Source: Faecousia sp. | GTDB taxonomy: Bacteria > Bacillota > Clostridia > Oscillospirales > Oscillospiraceae | Assembly: GCA_045647425.1 (NCBI GenBank) | Contig: JAZRMH010000030.1 | Location: 18,068 to 82,067 of the forward strand | Reading direction: 5' to 3' | DNA length: 64,000 nucleotides | Part shown: positions 1 to 9,065 of the stretch, in pieces | How the letters are laid out: every line of letters starts with the position of its first letter | Numbering within the stretch: position 1 is the stretch's first letter | Notes under the pieces: generated by a model | Told to the model about the DNA's origin: nothing | The model's input: the letters and a program-made list of their open reading frames with translations, nothing else | The model's database searches: none | Made by a program: the position numbers and the translations under genes

Positions 1-1701
1 CGGGAAACCATGGACATTTATGCCCCTCTTGCCCACCGTCTTGGTATGCAAAAGATGAAGTGGGAATTAGAGGATATTGCCCTAAGGTACTTAGACCCCG
101 CCGGCTATGAGGACATTATGGCCTATTTGAAGGCCCATAAAGAGCAGGACGAGGCATTTATGCGGGTCATCCAAGAGAAAATTACCAACCGCCTGAACGA
201 TATGGGTATTCACGGCAAAACCTACGGCCGAATTAAGCACGTGTATTCCATCTATCGGAAAATGCAACAGCAGGGCAAGGATTTGGAAGAAATGTACGAC
301 ATTTATGCCTTCCGTGTGGTGGTGGATACCATTCCGGATTGCTATAATGTGTTGGGCCATGTCCACGATTTGTTTAACCTTGTCCCCGGTCGGTTCAAAG
401 ACTATATCTCTACCCCCAAACCCAATATGTACCAGAGTTTGCATACCACGGTGATCGGCTCACAGGGTATCCCCTTTGAGGTGCAAATCCGCACTTGGGA
501 AATGCACGAAACCGCGGAATACGGCATTGCCGCCCACTGGAAATATAAGCAAGGCTCCGGCGCAGGGGAAGAAAAGGACTTTGAGTGGGTGCGTCGGCTT
601 TTGGAAAGCCAGCAGGACACCGACGCGGAAGACTATGTGAATTCTCTGAAAATCGATATGTTCGACGATGAGGTGTTTGTCTTTACCCCCAAGGGTAAGA
701 TTGTATCCCTGCCCGCAGGGTCTACCCCCATTGACTTTGCCTATGCCATTCACTCCGGCGTGGGCAACGCCATGACCGGCGCAAAAGTCAATAACCGCAT
801 TGTGAACATTGACGCCACATTGAATAACGGCGATATTGTGGAAGTGTTTACTTCCAAGTCGGCAAAGGGCCCCAGCCGAGATTGGCTGAACATCTGTCAA
901 TCCAACCAAGCCCGCACCAAAATCAAGCAGTGGTTCAAGAAGGAAAGACGGGAAGAAAATGTCCTGCACGGCAAGGCAAGTTTTGAAGGGGAAATGAAGC
1001 GCCTTTTGTTGCCTCTGCCGGAAAAAATGGAAGAAGATCTGCAAAAGAGTCTTCTGAAAAAACTAGCCTTTGACAGTTGGGACGATATGTATGCCGCCAT
1101 CGGTTACGGCGGTTTGACTGCCGTGAAAGCGGTGGGTCGCATTCGTGATGATATCAATCGGGCAACCAAGCCCGCCCAACCCCTTGCCAATGTCAACCCC
1201 CTGCGCACCACGGCGGAAAATGAAACCGTCAAGCGCAATCGCCATGCTGTCAACGGCGTGGTGGTGGAAGACATTGACAGTTGTATGATTAAGTTTAGTA
1301 AATGTTGCGCCCCCGTGCCCGGGGATGCTATTGTGGGCTTTATTACCAAGGGTTTCGGCGTGTCCATTCACCGAATGGATTGCCCCAACACCATCGGTAT
1401 GCACGACCCCGAGCAGGCCGCCCGTTGGGTGCGTGTGCGGTGGGACAATGTGGAAGAACAGCCCTTTGAGACCACCTTGGAACTGGATTGCCTGACAAGA
1501 GAAGGTCTGCTTTTGGATGTGGCCACAGTGATGACCACCGCAAGAGTGCGGGTCAAAGAACTCACTGGCAAAGATGTTCCCGGGGGACACAGCGTGTTTA
1601 CCGTGCGATTTGAAGTAAAAAATGTGGCAGAATTGGACGCTATTCGCAACCGTCTGCTGAACATTCGTGATGTGCTGGGTTCTCGTCGGGGCAAGAATTG
1701 A
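1..1701 (+). CDS. relA: RelA/SpoT-family bifunctional (p)ppGpp synthetase/hydrolase, 5' end cut by the window edge
   Basis: Frame-1 ORF is open from nt 1. Synthetase motifs YQSLHTTV and EVQIRTWEMHETAEYGIAAHWKYK are followed by a TGS-like segment (VFVFTPKGKIVSLPAGSTPIDFAY) and a C-terminal ACT-like region. Confidence 0.95.
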   Translation, partial: RETMDIYAPLAHRLGMQKMKWELEDIALRYLDPAGYEDIMAYLKAHKEQDEAFMRVIQEKITNRLNDMGIHGKTYGRIKHVYSIYRKMQQQGKDLEEMYDIYAFRVVVDTIPDCYNVLGHVHDLFNLVPGRFKDYISTPKPNMYQSLHTTVIGSQGIPFEVQIRTWEMHETAEYGIAAHWKYKQGSGAGEEKDFEWVRRLLESQQDTDAEDYVNSLKIDMFDDEVFVFTPKGKIVSLPAGSTPIDFAYAIHSGVGNAMTGAKVNNRIVNIDATLNNGDIVEVFTSKSAKGPSRDWLNICQSNQARTKIKQWFKKERREENVLHGKASFEGEMKRLLLPLPEKMEEDLQKSLLKKLAFDSWDDMYAAIGYGGLTAVKAVGRIRDDINRATKPAQPLANVNPLRTTAENETVKRNRHAVNGVVVEDIDSCMIKFSKCCAPVPGDAIVGFITKGFGVSIHRMDCPNTIGMHDPEQAARWVRVRWDNVEEQPFETTLELDCLTREGLLLDVATVMTTARVRVKELTGKDVPGGHSVFTVRFEVKNVAELDAIRNRLLNIRDVLGSRRGKN

Positions 1702-1711
1702 GGGAAATGCT

Positions 1712-2176
1712 ATGAGAGCGGTATTGACTAGAGTAAAATCCGCGTCGGTGGAAATCGGCGGCGAGATTGTAGGCAAAATCGGACAAGGTTTTCTGATTTT
1801 GCTGGGCGTCGGTCCGGAGGATACCGAGGAAACCTGCCAATATTTGGCGGAAAAAGCCTTGGGTCTGCGGATTTTCGAGGACGAAAACGAAAAAATGAAT
1901 TTAGGCCTTGGTGATGTGGGCGGGGAAGTGCTGGTTGTCAGCCAGTTCACCTTGTTCGGCAACTGCCGAAAAGGTCGCCGTCCCAGTTTCACCGATGCCG
2001 CCAATCCAGAATTGGGCAACCGCTTGTATGAGCAGTTTTTAGCCGAGTGCGCGGCGTTGGGTTACCCCCCGCAACACGGCGTTTTCGGGGCGGATATGCA
2101 GGTGTCTTCCGTCAATGACGGACCGGTGACCTTGATTTTGGACACCAAACAACTGCTTCAAACCCCTAGGAGATGA
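1712..2176 (+). CDS. dtd: D-aminoacyl-tRNA deacylase
   Basis: ATG 1712 lies 11 nt after the relA stop. MRAVLTRV, GFLILLGV, VSQFTLFG and GRRPSF are typical of Dtd. The tracked ORF start at 1667 overlaps relA and is unlikely. Confidence 0.9.
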   Translation: MRAVLTRVKSASVEIGGEIVGKIGQGFLILLGVGPEDTEETCQYLAEKALGLRIFEDENEKMNLGLGDVGGEVLVVSQFTLFGNCRKGRRPSFTDAANPELGNRLYEQFLAECAALGYPPQHGVFGADMQVSSVNDGPVTLILDTKQLLQTPRR

Positions 2177-2178
2177 GT

Positions 2179-2763
2179 ATGGAAATCAGAATGTTACCCT
2201 TGGGGCAACTGCAAACCAATTGCTACTTGGTTTGGGGGGAAAACACGGACAAATGCGTGGTCATTGACCCCGGCGATGAGGCGGAAATCCTCTTGACCCA
2301 ACTGGCCCGATTGGGAAAAACCCCGGAGGCGGTTTTTCTCACCCACTGCCATTTTGACCACATTCGTGGCGTAAAAGATTTGGTGGCGGAAAGAACTTGC
2401 CCCGTGTATATCTGCAAGGAAGATTTGACCTTGCCCGAGGCGATGACCGCCGGAAGTATTTACTATACCCACACCTACAAAGAGGGGGACAGCCTTTCAA
2501 TGGCGGGACTCACCTTTACTGTGTTGCACACCCCCGGCCATACCCCCGGTTCGGTGTGCTTGCGGTGCGAGGATGTGCTGTTTACGGGAGATACCTTGTT
2601 TGCCGGCTCTTGCGGAAGAACGGACTTCCCTGGCAGTTCCCCCGCCCAAATGCGAACATCCTTAAATCGGTTGCGTGACCTTGGGGGAAATTTTGCCGTT
2701 TTGTCCGGTCACGGACCGAATAGTACATTAGATGAGGAAAGACGGAGCAATCCGTTTCTATAA
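2179..2763 (+). CDS. MBL-fold metallo-hydrolase (glyoxalase II-like)
   Basis: TAGGAG at 2167-2172 favours ATG 2179. Metal-binding motif THCHFDHIRG, then HTPGHTPGS and a late SGHG. Confidence 0.85.
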   Translation: MEIRMLPLGQLQTNCYLVWGENTDKCVVIDPGDEAEILLTQLARLGKTPEAVFLTHCHFDHIRGVKDLVAERTCPVYICKEDLTLPEAMTAGSIYYTHTYKEGDSLSMAGLTFTVLHTPGHTPGSVCLRCEDVLFTGDTLFAGSCGRTDFPGSSPAQMRTSLNRLRDLGGNFAVLSGHGPNSTLDEERRSNPFL

Positions 2764-2769
2764 AAAATT

Positions 2770-4197
2770 ATGCAGGTAATTTTAAAAGGTCACGAAGACC
2801 GTTATGCGGTGGAGCAGTTGGCGATGACATTATTTGGGGTGGATTCTCCGGCCCAAGTGGTATCCTCTTTGCATCGTGGCAAAACCTATCTCACAGCTGT
2901 CACCACGGTGAGCGTGGGAGAAAAGACCGGTCGGGGCGTTCGGCGGTTGCGGGCAGAAAAAGAAGAAGTCCGTCTGCGCCGTCAAATTCTGCAACAGAGT
3001 TTATATTTGGCATCCCTTACCCACTTGGACAAAGTTCCGGCTTGGGGTGCGCTGGCGGGGGTTCGCCCTACCAAAATTACAACAAAACATCTTCTGCAGG
3101 GAAATTCCGAAGCCTCTGCGCATAAAGTATTGAAAGATGTGTATTTCGTCACCGAGCCCCGCCGCCAATTGGCGGTGGATTGTTCCCGTTCTACGGTGCG
3201 GGCCAAAGAAAAACTGGACAAAAACGACATCTCTTTGTATGTGGGCATTCCCTTTTGTCCCACCCGTTGCGCCTATTGCAGTTTCGTCAGCCGAAGCATA
3301 GGCAAACGCACCGAGTTGTTAGAGCCCTATTTGCAGGCACTGTATCGGGAAATTCAAGTCACGGGAGAACTGTTACAATCTTCCGGAAAGCATATCCGAA
3401 GTATTTACATCGGTGGCGGCACGCCCACAACCTTGTCTGCCCAGCAAATGGCGGGACTTTTGGACAAAATCCAAAGCACTTTTGATATGTCCCGTTGCTT
3501 GGAGTTTACGGTGGAAGGCGGTCGGCCGGACACCTTGGATGCAGAAAAGTTACAAACCATATTTGCCCACGGGGCAGACCGAATGAGCATCAATCCCCAA
3601 TCGATGGTGGACAGTGTGCTGAAAGCCAGTGGCAGACCCCACACCGGTGCAGATGTGGTCAGAAGTTACCGTCAGGCGGTGGATGCCGGATTTCGGGACA
3701 TCAATATGGACCTGATTGCCGGACTTCCCGCCGATACCGTAGCAGGTTTCTGCCATTCGTTAGATGCCGTGGCGGAGTTAAATCCTTCCAACATCACCGT
3801 GCATACCCTTGCCCTGAAAAAGGGCGCGGACTTGTTTGAACGGCAGGTCAGCCTGCCCACAGCCGAGGAAGTGACCCAAATGGTGGACTATGCCAACAAG
3901 ACTTTGCGGGATTTGGGATATAAGCCCTACTATCTGTATCGGCAGAAATATATGTCCGGCAGTTTTGAAAATGTGGGTTGGAGCAAAGACGGCAGAGATT
4001 GCCTTTACAATATCTATATGATGGAAGAACTGCATACCATTGTGTCCTTAGGCGGTGGGGGAATGAATAAAGTCAACCTGCCCGACGGCACACTGGAACG
4101 GTTCCACAACCCCAAATTTCCGGAGCAGTACATCGAGCAAATCGACAGTGTTCTCAAGCAGAAAGCGGAATTGTTCCGCTTGCTGGGAAAGGAATGA
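2770..4197 (+). CDS. hemZ: Radical SAM enzyme of the HemN/HemZ (oxygen-independent coproporphyrinogen dehydrogenase-like) family
   Basis: CPTRCAYCSF is a CxxxCxxC radical-SAM cluster motif, followed by GGGTPT. The 475 aa length with an N-terminal extension matches Firmicute HemZ-type proteins. The symbol is tentative. Confidence 0.75.
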   Translation: MQVILKGHEDRYAVEQLAMTLFGVDSPAQVVSSLHRGKTYLTAVTTVSVGEKTGRGVRRLRAEKEEVRLRRQILQQSLYLASLTHLDKVPAWGALAGVRPTKITTKHLLQGNSEASAHKVLKDVYFVTEPRRQLAVDCSRSTVRAKEKLDKNDISLYVGIPFCPTRCAYCSFVSRSIGKRTELLEPYLQALYREIQVTGELLQSSGKHIRSIYIGGGTPTTLSAQQMAGLLDKIQSTFDMSRCLEFTVEGGRPDTLDAEKLQTIFAHGADRMSINPQSMVDSVLKASGRPHTGADVVRSYRQAVDAGFRDINMDLIAGLPADTVAGFCHSLDAVAELNPSNITVHTLALKKGADLFERQVSLPTAEEVTQMVDYANKTLRDLGYKPYYLYRQKYMSGSFENVGWSKDGRDCLYNIYMMEELHTIVSLGGGGMNKVNLPDGTLERFHNPKFPEQYIEQIDSVLKQKAELFRLLGKE

Positions 4198-5519
4198 AAA
4201 TTTTGGATACTTTAATTGCTAATGTCACTTTGGTGACCATGAATGAAAAAATGGACGTGCTGTTTGGCGCATATCTGGGCGTGAAAGACGGGAAAATATC
4301 CAATATTGGAAAAGAGCCCCCCGCCGAGCAACCCAAGACCATTATCGACGGCACGGGTATGGTGGCAATGCCCGGTTTCGTCAACTGCCATACCCACTTA
4401 GGCACCACAGCCTTGCGCAGTATGACCGACGATGCCCCTCGTGGCGAGGCCTTGGAACAACAACTCTATCGGCAGGATAAGTTGGACGAGCGCAGCGCCA
4501 GAGCCTGCGCCCTTTTGGGCATTGCCGAGTGTTTGCGCTTCGGCATTACTTCCGTTTCCGATTTGTATTACTATCCGGAAGCCACCGCACAGGCAGTGGC
4601 CCAAAGCGGAATCAAAGCCAATTTGGCGCTGTCTTCTTATCGGTTTATTGACCAAAACGAGGACTTTGATTTTGAAACTGACGAGCAGTGCCAAGAGCAG
4701 TGCCGTGTGTATGAAAAGTGGAACGGTTTCGATGGCGGACGCATCCGCATCGATGCCGGTCTGTATGCCGAGTACACCAGTAATTATAAGTTGTGGGAAG
4801 GCTTGTCCGCTTGGGCAAGAGAGCAGAACATCGGTCTGCAACTGCACTTGGCAGAGACCCAAGCAGAGGCCGAGGGATGCTTGGACAGAACCGGCTTGGG
4901 CGTGGCAGAACTGTTAAACACCCACAATCTGTTTGTTGCTGGCACAACGGCCACCGGCTGCGTGGCGCTGAGCGAAGAGGAGCGGAAATTGCTGGGCAAA
5001 CGGAAAGTTTCTGCAGTTGCCACCCCCGTTGCCTATGCCAAGGCAGGTTTGCCCACCACCCCCATTTTGGACACGGTAAAAGCCGGAATGAATTTGGCTT
5101 TGGGTACCGGCGGTGCCAATGAGTGCGGAAACTTAGATATGTTTGAAGTGATGCGCTGTGCGGCGATGCAAGCCCGAGTTGCCGGCGGCGATGCCAACAC
5201 CATGCCCGCTTCTGCGGTACTGATGATGGCCACCACTTGTGGCGCAAGAGCCCAAGGCCGTGGGGATACCACGGGTATGCTCAAAGAGGGTATGGATGCG
5301 GATCTGATTTTGGTAGATTTTTCCGCCCCCCACCTGATGCCCTGCCACGATGTGATGAATGCGCTGGTATTCTCTGCCAAGGGCGGAGATGTGGCGATGA
5401 CCATGGTAAACGGTAAGATTTTGTATCAAAACGGCACATTCCCCACCTTGGATTTGGGTACGGTAGTGCAGGAAATGATGGAATATGTCATCCCCCGTCT
5501 GATGGAAAATAAGGAGTAA
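4194..5519 (+). CDS. Amidohydrolase-superfamily deaminase (MtaD/SsnA-like chlorohydrolase family)
   Basis: FVNCHTH is the HxH metal site, followed by LHLAET and a C-terminal DADLILVD motif. The start overlaps the upstream stop (ATGA). Confidence 0.8.
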   Translation: MKILDTLIANVTLVTMNEKMDVLFGAYLGVKDGKISNIGKEPPAEQPKTIIDGTGMVAMPGFVNCHTHLGTTALRSMTDDAPRGEALEQQLYRQDKLDERSARACALLGIAECLRFGITSVSDLYYYPEATAQAVAQSGIKANLALSSYRFIDQNEDFDFETDEQCQEQCRVYEKWNGFDGGRIRIDAGLYAEYTSNYKLWEGLSAWAREQNIGLQLHLAETQAEAEGCLDRTGLGVAELLNTHNLFVAGTTATGCVALSEEERKLLGKRKVSAVATPVAYAKAGLPTTPILDTVKAGMNLALGTGGANECGNLDMFEVMRCAAMQARVAGGDANTMPASAVLMMATTCGARAQGRGDTTGMLKEGMDADLILVDFSAPHLMPCHDVMNALVFSAKGGDVAMTMVNGKILYQNGTFPTLDLGTVVQEMMEYVIPRLMENKE

Positions 5520-5522
5520 ACT

Positions 5523-7130
5523 ATGTCCGAAAATACGAAAAAGCAAACCTTTCTTCACGGCGCGGCGTTGCTGGCAATGGCAACGGCGGTGGTGAAGGTC
5601 ATCGGTGCTTTTTATAAAATTCCCCTTAAGGGAATTATTGGCGACCAAGGCTACGGCTATTTTATCACCGCCTATGATGTGTACTCGGTGCTTCTGCTGA
5701 TTTCCACGGCAGGTCTGCCGGTGGCAATGAGCCGGATGATTAGTCAAGCCAACGCTTTGGGCAACCATAACCAAGTCCGTCGGGTCTATCAAACCGCCCG
5801 GGGAATTTTCTTAGGGTTGGGTATCGCCAGCAGTTTGTTGATGGTGCTGGGAAGCACTTGGCTTGCCGAGGAAGTGCTGATGCAACCCAATGCCGCCTAT
5901 GCCATCGCCTGCTTAGGCCCCTGCGCGCTGTTTATGGGTCTCATTTCCACCTTCCGCGGATTTTTCCAAGGTCACGGAAATATGCGCCCCACCTCTACCA
6001 GTCAGGTGTTGGAAGCGGGCACGAAACTGCTGATTGGCTTGGGCTTGGCCTATGTGCTGATGTCCCAGTTTCGCAGCATTCCCGTTGCCGCCGCCGGCGC
6101 AATTTTAGGTGTGACTTGCAGTTGCTTGGTCAGCGCGGTGTATCTGTATGGAAAATTCCGTCCGTCTTACGCCGAGTTGCCCCATAGCCATGATACGCCC
6201 CTTTCCTTCGGCGCAACCGCCAAAAGTTTGTTGGCAATCGCTGTGCCCATCACCATCGGCTCGGCAGGCTTGCAATTTTTAACGGTGGTGGAACAAAAAC
6301 TCTATATGGGTCAGTTGCTCACTTCCTGCGGTCTTTCCCAAGACTCTGCAGATACTATGAAGGGCATCTATTCCATGACCATGACCATTTACAATATGCC
6401 CTGCGCATTTATCGTTCCCATTGCCATTAGCGTCATTCCCGCCATTACCAGCCAGTTGACATTGAAAAATGACAAGGCTGTGCGGGACACCGAAGAATCC
6501 GCCGCCCGTATCGCCGGCCTAATCAGCCTGCCCTGCGCGGTGGGCTTGGGTATTTTGGCAGAGCCGATTATGTCTTTGCTGGGTGGCTACACCGGCGAAA
6601 AACTGGAACTTGCCACAAACCTGATGCGTGTGCTGTCGGTGTGCGTATTTTTGTACGCCATCATTCAGTATACCAATGCCCTGATGCAGGCCCACGGCTA
6701 TGCCTATATTCCCGTTGTGAATATGCTGTTGGCCGGCGTGGTAAAATTAGGTGTGGTGTATTTGCTGACCGGAAATCCCCAACTGGGCATCTTGGGCGCG
6801 CCCATCGGTTCTGTATTGGGATACAGCGCCATTGCGGTGATGAACCTGCTGTCCATATCCCGAGTAGTGCCTCAAAAACCGGCACTGCTGAAAAACCTGC
6901 TTCGTCCGATTTTGCCCGCAGGAATCATGGGTTTGGCCGTCTACGGCGCACACCAAGGGCTGTTGTATCTATTAGGGGCGGATGGAAGCCGGATTATCCT
7001 CTGTGGCGGACCCATTGCTGTGGGTTTGGGGGTGTACCTTGTGGCGGTGGTTTTGCTCAAAGCCATCACAAAAGAGGATTGCCAGTTGCTACCCAAAGGC
7101 GACAAAATTGCAAAACTTTTGAAATTGTAA
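5523..7130 (+). CDS. MOP-superfamily flippase (SpoVB/YabM/YtgP-like polysaccharide or lipid II flippase)
   Basis: 535 aa with about 14 TM helices. The N-terminus GAALLAMATAVVKVIGAFYKIPL is typical of MurJ/SpoVB-type proteins. AAGGAG RBS. Synteny with hup and the S4 (yabO-like) gene matches the Firmicute yabM region. Confidence 0.8.
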   Translation: MSENTKKQTFLHGAALLAMATAVVKVIGAFYKIPLKGIIGDQGYGYFITAYDVYSVLLLISTAGLPVAMSRMISQANALGNHNQVRRVYQTARGIFLGLGIASSLLMVLGSTWLAEEVLMQPNAAYAIACLGPCALFMGLISTFRGFFQGHGNMRPTSTSQVLEAGTKLLIGLGLAYVLMSQFRSIPVAAAGAILGVTCSCLVSAVYLYGKFRPSYAELPHSHDTPLSFGATAKSLLAIAVPITIGSAGLQFLTVVEQKLYMGQLLTSCGLSQDSADTMKGIYSMTMTIYNMPCAFIVPIAISVIPAITSQLTLKNDKAVRDTEESAARIAGLISLPCAVGLGILAEPIMSLLGGYTGEKLELATNLMRVLSVCVFLYAIIQYTNALMQAHGYAYIPVVNMLLAGVVKLGVVYLLTGNPQLGILGAPIGSVLGYSAIAVMNLLSISRVVPQKPALLKNLLRPILPAGIMGLAVYGAHQGLLYLLGADGSRIILCGGPIAVGLGVYLVAVVLLKAITKEDCQLLPKGDKIAKLLKL

Positions 7131-7201
7131 CCGTTTTTTCGGCGATTTGTTGAAAATTTTTCTAGAAAGTTGTAAAAATTTAAGAAAACTGTCAAAAATA
7201 C

Positions 7202-7230
7202 TTGCAATTTTAAAATAAACATGATACAAT
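7202..7230 (+). promoter_or_regulatory. SigA-type promoter of hup
   Basis: TTGCAA (7202-7207), 17-nt spacer, TGaTACAAT extended -10 (7225-7230), 43 nt upstream of the hup ATG. Confidence 0.6.
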
Positions 7231-7272
7231 AAAGTCCCATATGTAAATTAATAAGAAACGAGGGAAACTATT

Positions 7273-7548
7273 ATGAACAAGACTGAACTCATCGCAGCAG
7301 TTGCCGAAAAGACCGGCATGACCAAGAAGGACGCAGAGCGCGTCATCAATGCGACTTTGGATTCCATCACCGCTAGTTTGGCCGCAGGCGACAAGGTGCA
7401 GGTTTCCGGCTTCGGCATTTTCGAGGTTAAGGCTCGCGAGGCTCGCGTAGGTCGCAATCCTCGCACCAAGGAGACTATCCAAATTCCCGCTACCCGTTTG
7501 CCCGCTTTCAAGGCCAGCAAGGCACTGAAGGACGCTGTTGCTAAGTAA
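7273..7548 (+). CDS. hup: DNA-binding protein HU
   Basis: 91 aa. MNKTELI...GFGIFEVKAREARVGRNPRTKETIQIPA is the canonical HU/IHF arm. Strong high-expression codon bias (AAG, ATC, GCT/GCA, CGC). Confidence 0.97.
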   Translation: MNKTELIAAVAEKTGMTKKDAERVINATLDSITASLAAGDKVQVSGFGIFEVKAREARVGRNPRTKETIQIPATRLPAFKASKALKDAVAK

Positions 7549-7560
7549 GGAGTTTTTCCG

Positions 7561-7800
7561 ATGCGTCTTGACAAGTATCTCAAAGTGTCCCGTTTGATTA
7601 AGCGTCGAACGGTGGCCAATGAGGCCTGCGATAACGGTCGTATTAGCATAAATGGCCGTGTGGTCAAGGCTAGTTACGAAGTCAAGGTTGGCGACCGGAT
7701 AGAAATCGCTATGGGTACTAGAACTGTGGCGGTGGAAGTGGTTCAGGTGGCAGATAATGTCCGCAAGGACGATGCCGGAGCCATGTACAAAGAGGTCTAA
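7561..7800 (+). CDS. S4-domain RNA-binding protein (YabO/Hsp15-like)
   Basis: MRLDKYLKVSRLIKRRTVANEACDNGRISINGRVVK is an S4 motif. 79 aa. Confidence 0.85.
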   Translation: MRLDKYLKVSRLIKRRTVANEACDNGRISINGRVVKASYEVKVGDRIEIAMGTRTVAVEVVQVADNVRKDDAGAMYKEV

Positions 7801-7801
7801 G

Positions 7802-7845
7802 AAAAGGTTCTGTAAAAAACTTTGGTTTTTTACAGAACCTTTTTT
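7802..7845 (+). terminator. Rho-independent terminator after the hup-S4 unit
   Basis: A 19-bp stem (AAAAGGTTCTGTAAAAAAC / GTTTTTTACAGAACCTTTT) with loop TTTG and a T run, starting 2 nt after the stop. Confidence 0.85.
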
Positions 7846-7849
7846 GTGA

Positions 7850-7877
7850 TTGACAAGCATTATATTAGTGGTATGAT
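7850..7877 (+). promoter_or_regulatory. Strong SigA-type promoter in front of the 44-codon ORF
   Basis: TTGACA (7850-7855), 16-nt spacer, TGgTATGAT (7869-7877). Confidence 0.55.
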
Positions 7878-7904
7878 AACAAAAATTGGAAAGGGGGTTG
7901 CCAT

Positions 7905-8039
7905 ATGGAAAAGTTGAAGTCTTATATAAAGCCCTATACTTGGTTTATTCTTTTGACGATGAGCATTAAGTTTGTGGCATCCTATCTGGACCTGAATATT
8001 CCCAATTTGAGGGAGCAAAGACATAACGCGGGGGCGTAA
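7905..8039 (+). pseudogene. 44-codon ORF resembling the extreme N-terminus of an ABC exporter (remnant or small TM peptide)
   Basis: MEKLKSYIKPYTWFILLTMSIKFVASYLDLNIPNL matches the usual start of MsbA-type exporters (KPY...hydrophobic TM1...dL.lP.l). It then diverges (REQRHNAGA) and stops. RBS AAGGGGG. No continuation in other frames. Confidence 0.45.
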
Positions 8040-8060
8040 AAAATACACAGACACAAAACC

Positions 8061-8097
8061 GTTGCGGACAGCGTTTGCTGCCCGCAACTTTCTTTCT
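8061..8097 (+). terminator. Terminator-like hairpin after the remnant ORF
   Basis: GTTGCGGaCAGC GTTT GCTGcCCGCAAC followed by TTTCTTTCT. Confidence 0.55.
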
Positions 8098-8116
8098 GTG
8101 GGGAATAAATTAGGTA

Positions 8117-8145
8117 TTTCTTTTTTTTGCCCTATGTGGTAGAAT
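8117..8145 (+). promoter_or_regulatory. Possible promoter of the dapA-dapB-dapF operon
   Basis: Extended -10 TGgTAGAAT (8137-8145) with a weak -35 TTTCTT. 32 nt upstream of the dapA ATG. Confidence 0.35.
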
Positions 8146-8177
8146 GAAATTGATGAAAAGCAAGAGGAGGCATAAAT

Positions 8178-9065
8178 ATGAAAGATATTGTTTTTAAGGG
8201 TATGGCTACTGCATTGGTAACACCTATGACCTCCACCGGTGTGGACTATGATACCTATGCCCGTTTGATTGACTTCCAACTGGAAAACGGCATCAACGCA
8301 TTGGTGGCCGTGGGAACTACCGGCGAGAGCGCAACGCTGTCCCCTGAAGAGCGCAAAGCGGTGATTCGGTTTGCTATCGAGAGAGTAAACGGCGCGGTGC
8401 CCGTCATTGCCGGCACCGGTACCAACAATACCGAACATGTTTTGGACTTTACCAAAAGCGCCTGCGACAGCGGCGCCGACGCTGTGCTGGTGGTAACGCC
8501 TTATTATAACAAAGCCACCCAAGGTGGTTTGGTCAAGCACTATTCTATGGTGGCAGATGCGGCGGAAAAGCCGGTGATTATGTATAATGTACCCAGCCGT
8601 ACCGGCTGTAATATGACTGCCGATACCGTGGCAATTTTGGCAGACCACCCCAATATTGTCGGCGTGAAGGAAGCCTCCGGCAATATGGCGCAGGTGGTGG
8701 ATATTTCCGCAAAATGCGGAGAAAAACTGGCGATTTATTCCGGTGAGGACGGCTTGGTTGTACCTATTTTATCTATAGGCGGTGTGGGCTGTATCAGTGT
8801 TTTGTCCAATGTTGCCCCGAAGATGGCAGTGGAAATGACCGACAAATTCTTTGCCGGTGATTTAGTCGGCGCGGCAGAAATTCAGCGCCGTGTTCTGCCT
8901 TTGGTTCATGCATTGTTCAGCGAGGTCAACCCGATTCCCGCCAAGGCCGCCATTGCCGAAATGGGCTTCGGAACGGAGTGTTTGCGGATGCCTTTGACAC
9001 CGATGGAAGACGGCCCCCGGGCAAATCTCTTCGCCCAAATGCGAAAGTTGGGGATTTTAAAATGA
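8178..9065 (+). CDS. dapA: 4-hydroxy-tetrahydrodipicolinate synthase
   Basis: TALVTPM, GTTGESATLS and YNVPSRTG are DapA signatures. RBS GAGGAGG. Confidence 0.95.
   Translation: MKDIVFKGMATALVTPMTSTGVDYDTYARLIDFQLENGINALVAVGTTGESATLSPEERKAVIRFAIERVNGAVPVIAGTGTNNTEHVLDFTKSACDSGADAVLVVTPYYNKATQGGLVKHYSMVADAAEKPVIMYNVPSRTGCNMTADTVAILADHPNIVGVKEASGNMAQVVDISAKCGEKLAIYSGEDGLVVPILSIGGVGCISVLSNVAPKMAVEMTDKFFAGDLVGAAEIQRRVLPLVHALFSEVNPIPAKAAIAEMGFGTECLRMPLTPMEDGPRANLFAQMRKLGILK

Noticed and set aside
1063-2019. A 318-aa minus-strand ORF. Similar long antisense ORFs occur at 7860-8648, 11677-12549, 40160-41092, 51389-52165 and 61992-62873.
   Set aside because: All are antisense to strongly conserved genes (relA/dtd, dapA, gdhA, the GH13 gene, the lipid kinase and the permease). 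They have low-complexity, Pro/Arg/Gly/His-rich translations and no start-site signals.
8040-8177. A possible lysine riboswitch or T-box leader upstream of dapA.
   Set aside because: The region is only ~140 nt. It holds one simple terminator hairpin plus a promoter. I could not find the conserved L-box helices or AGAGGNGC-type core, nor a T-box sequence.
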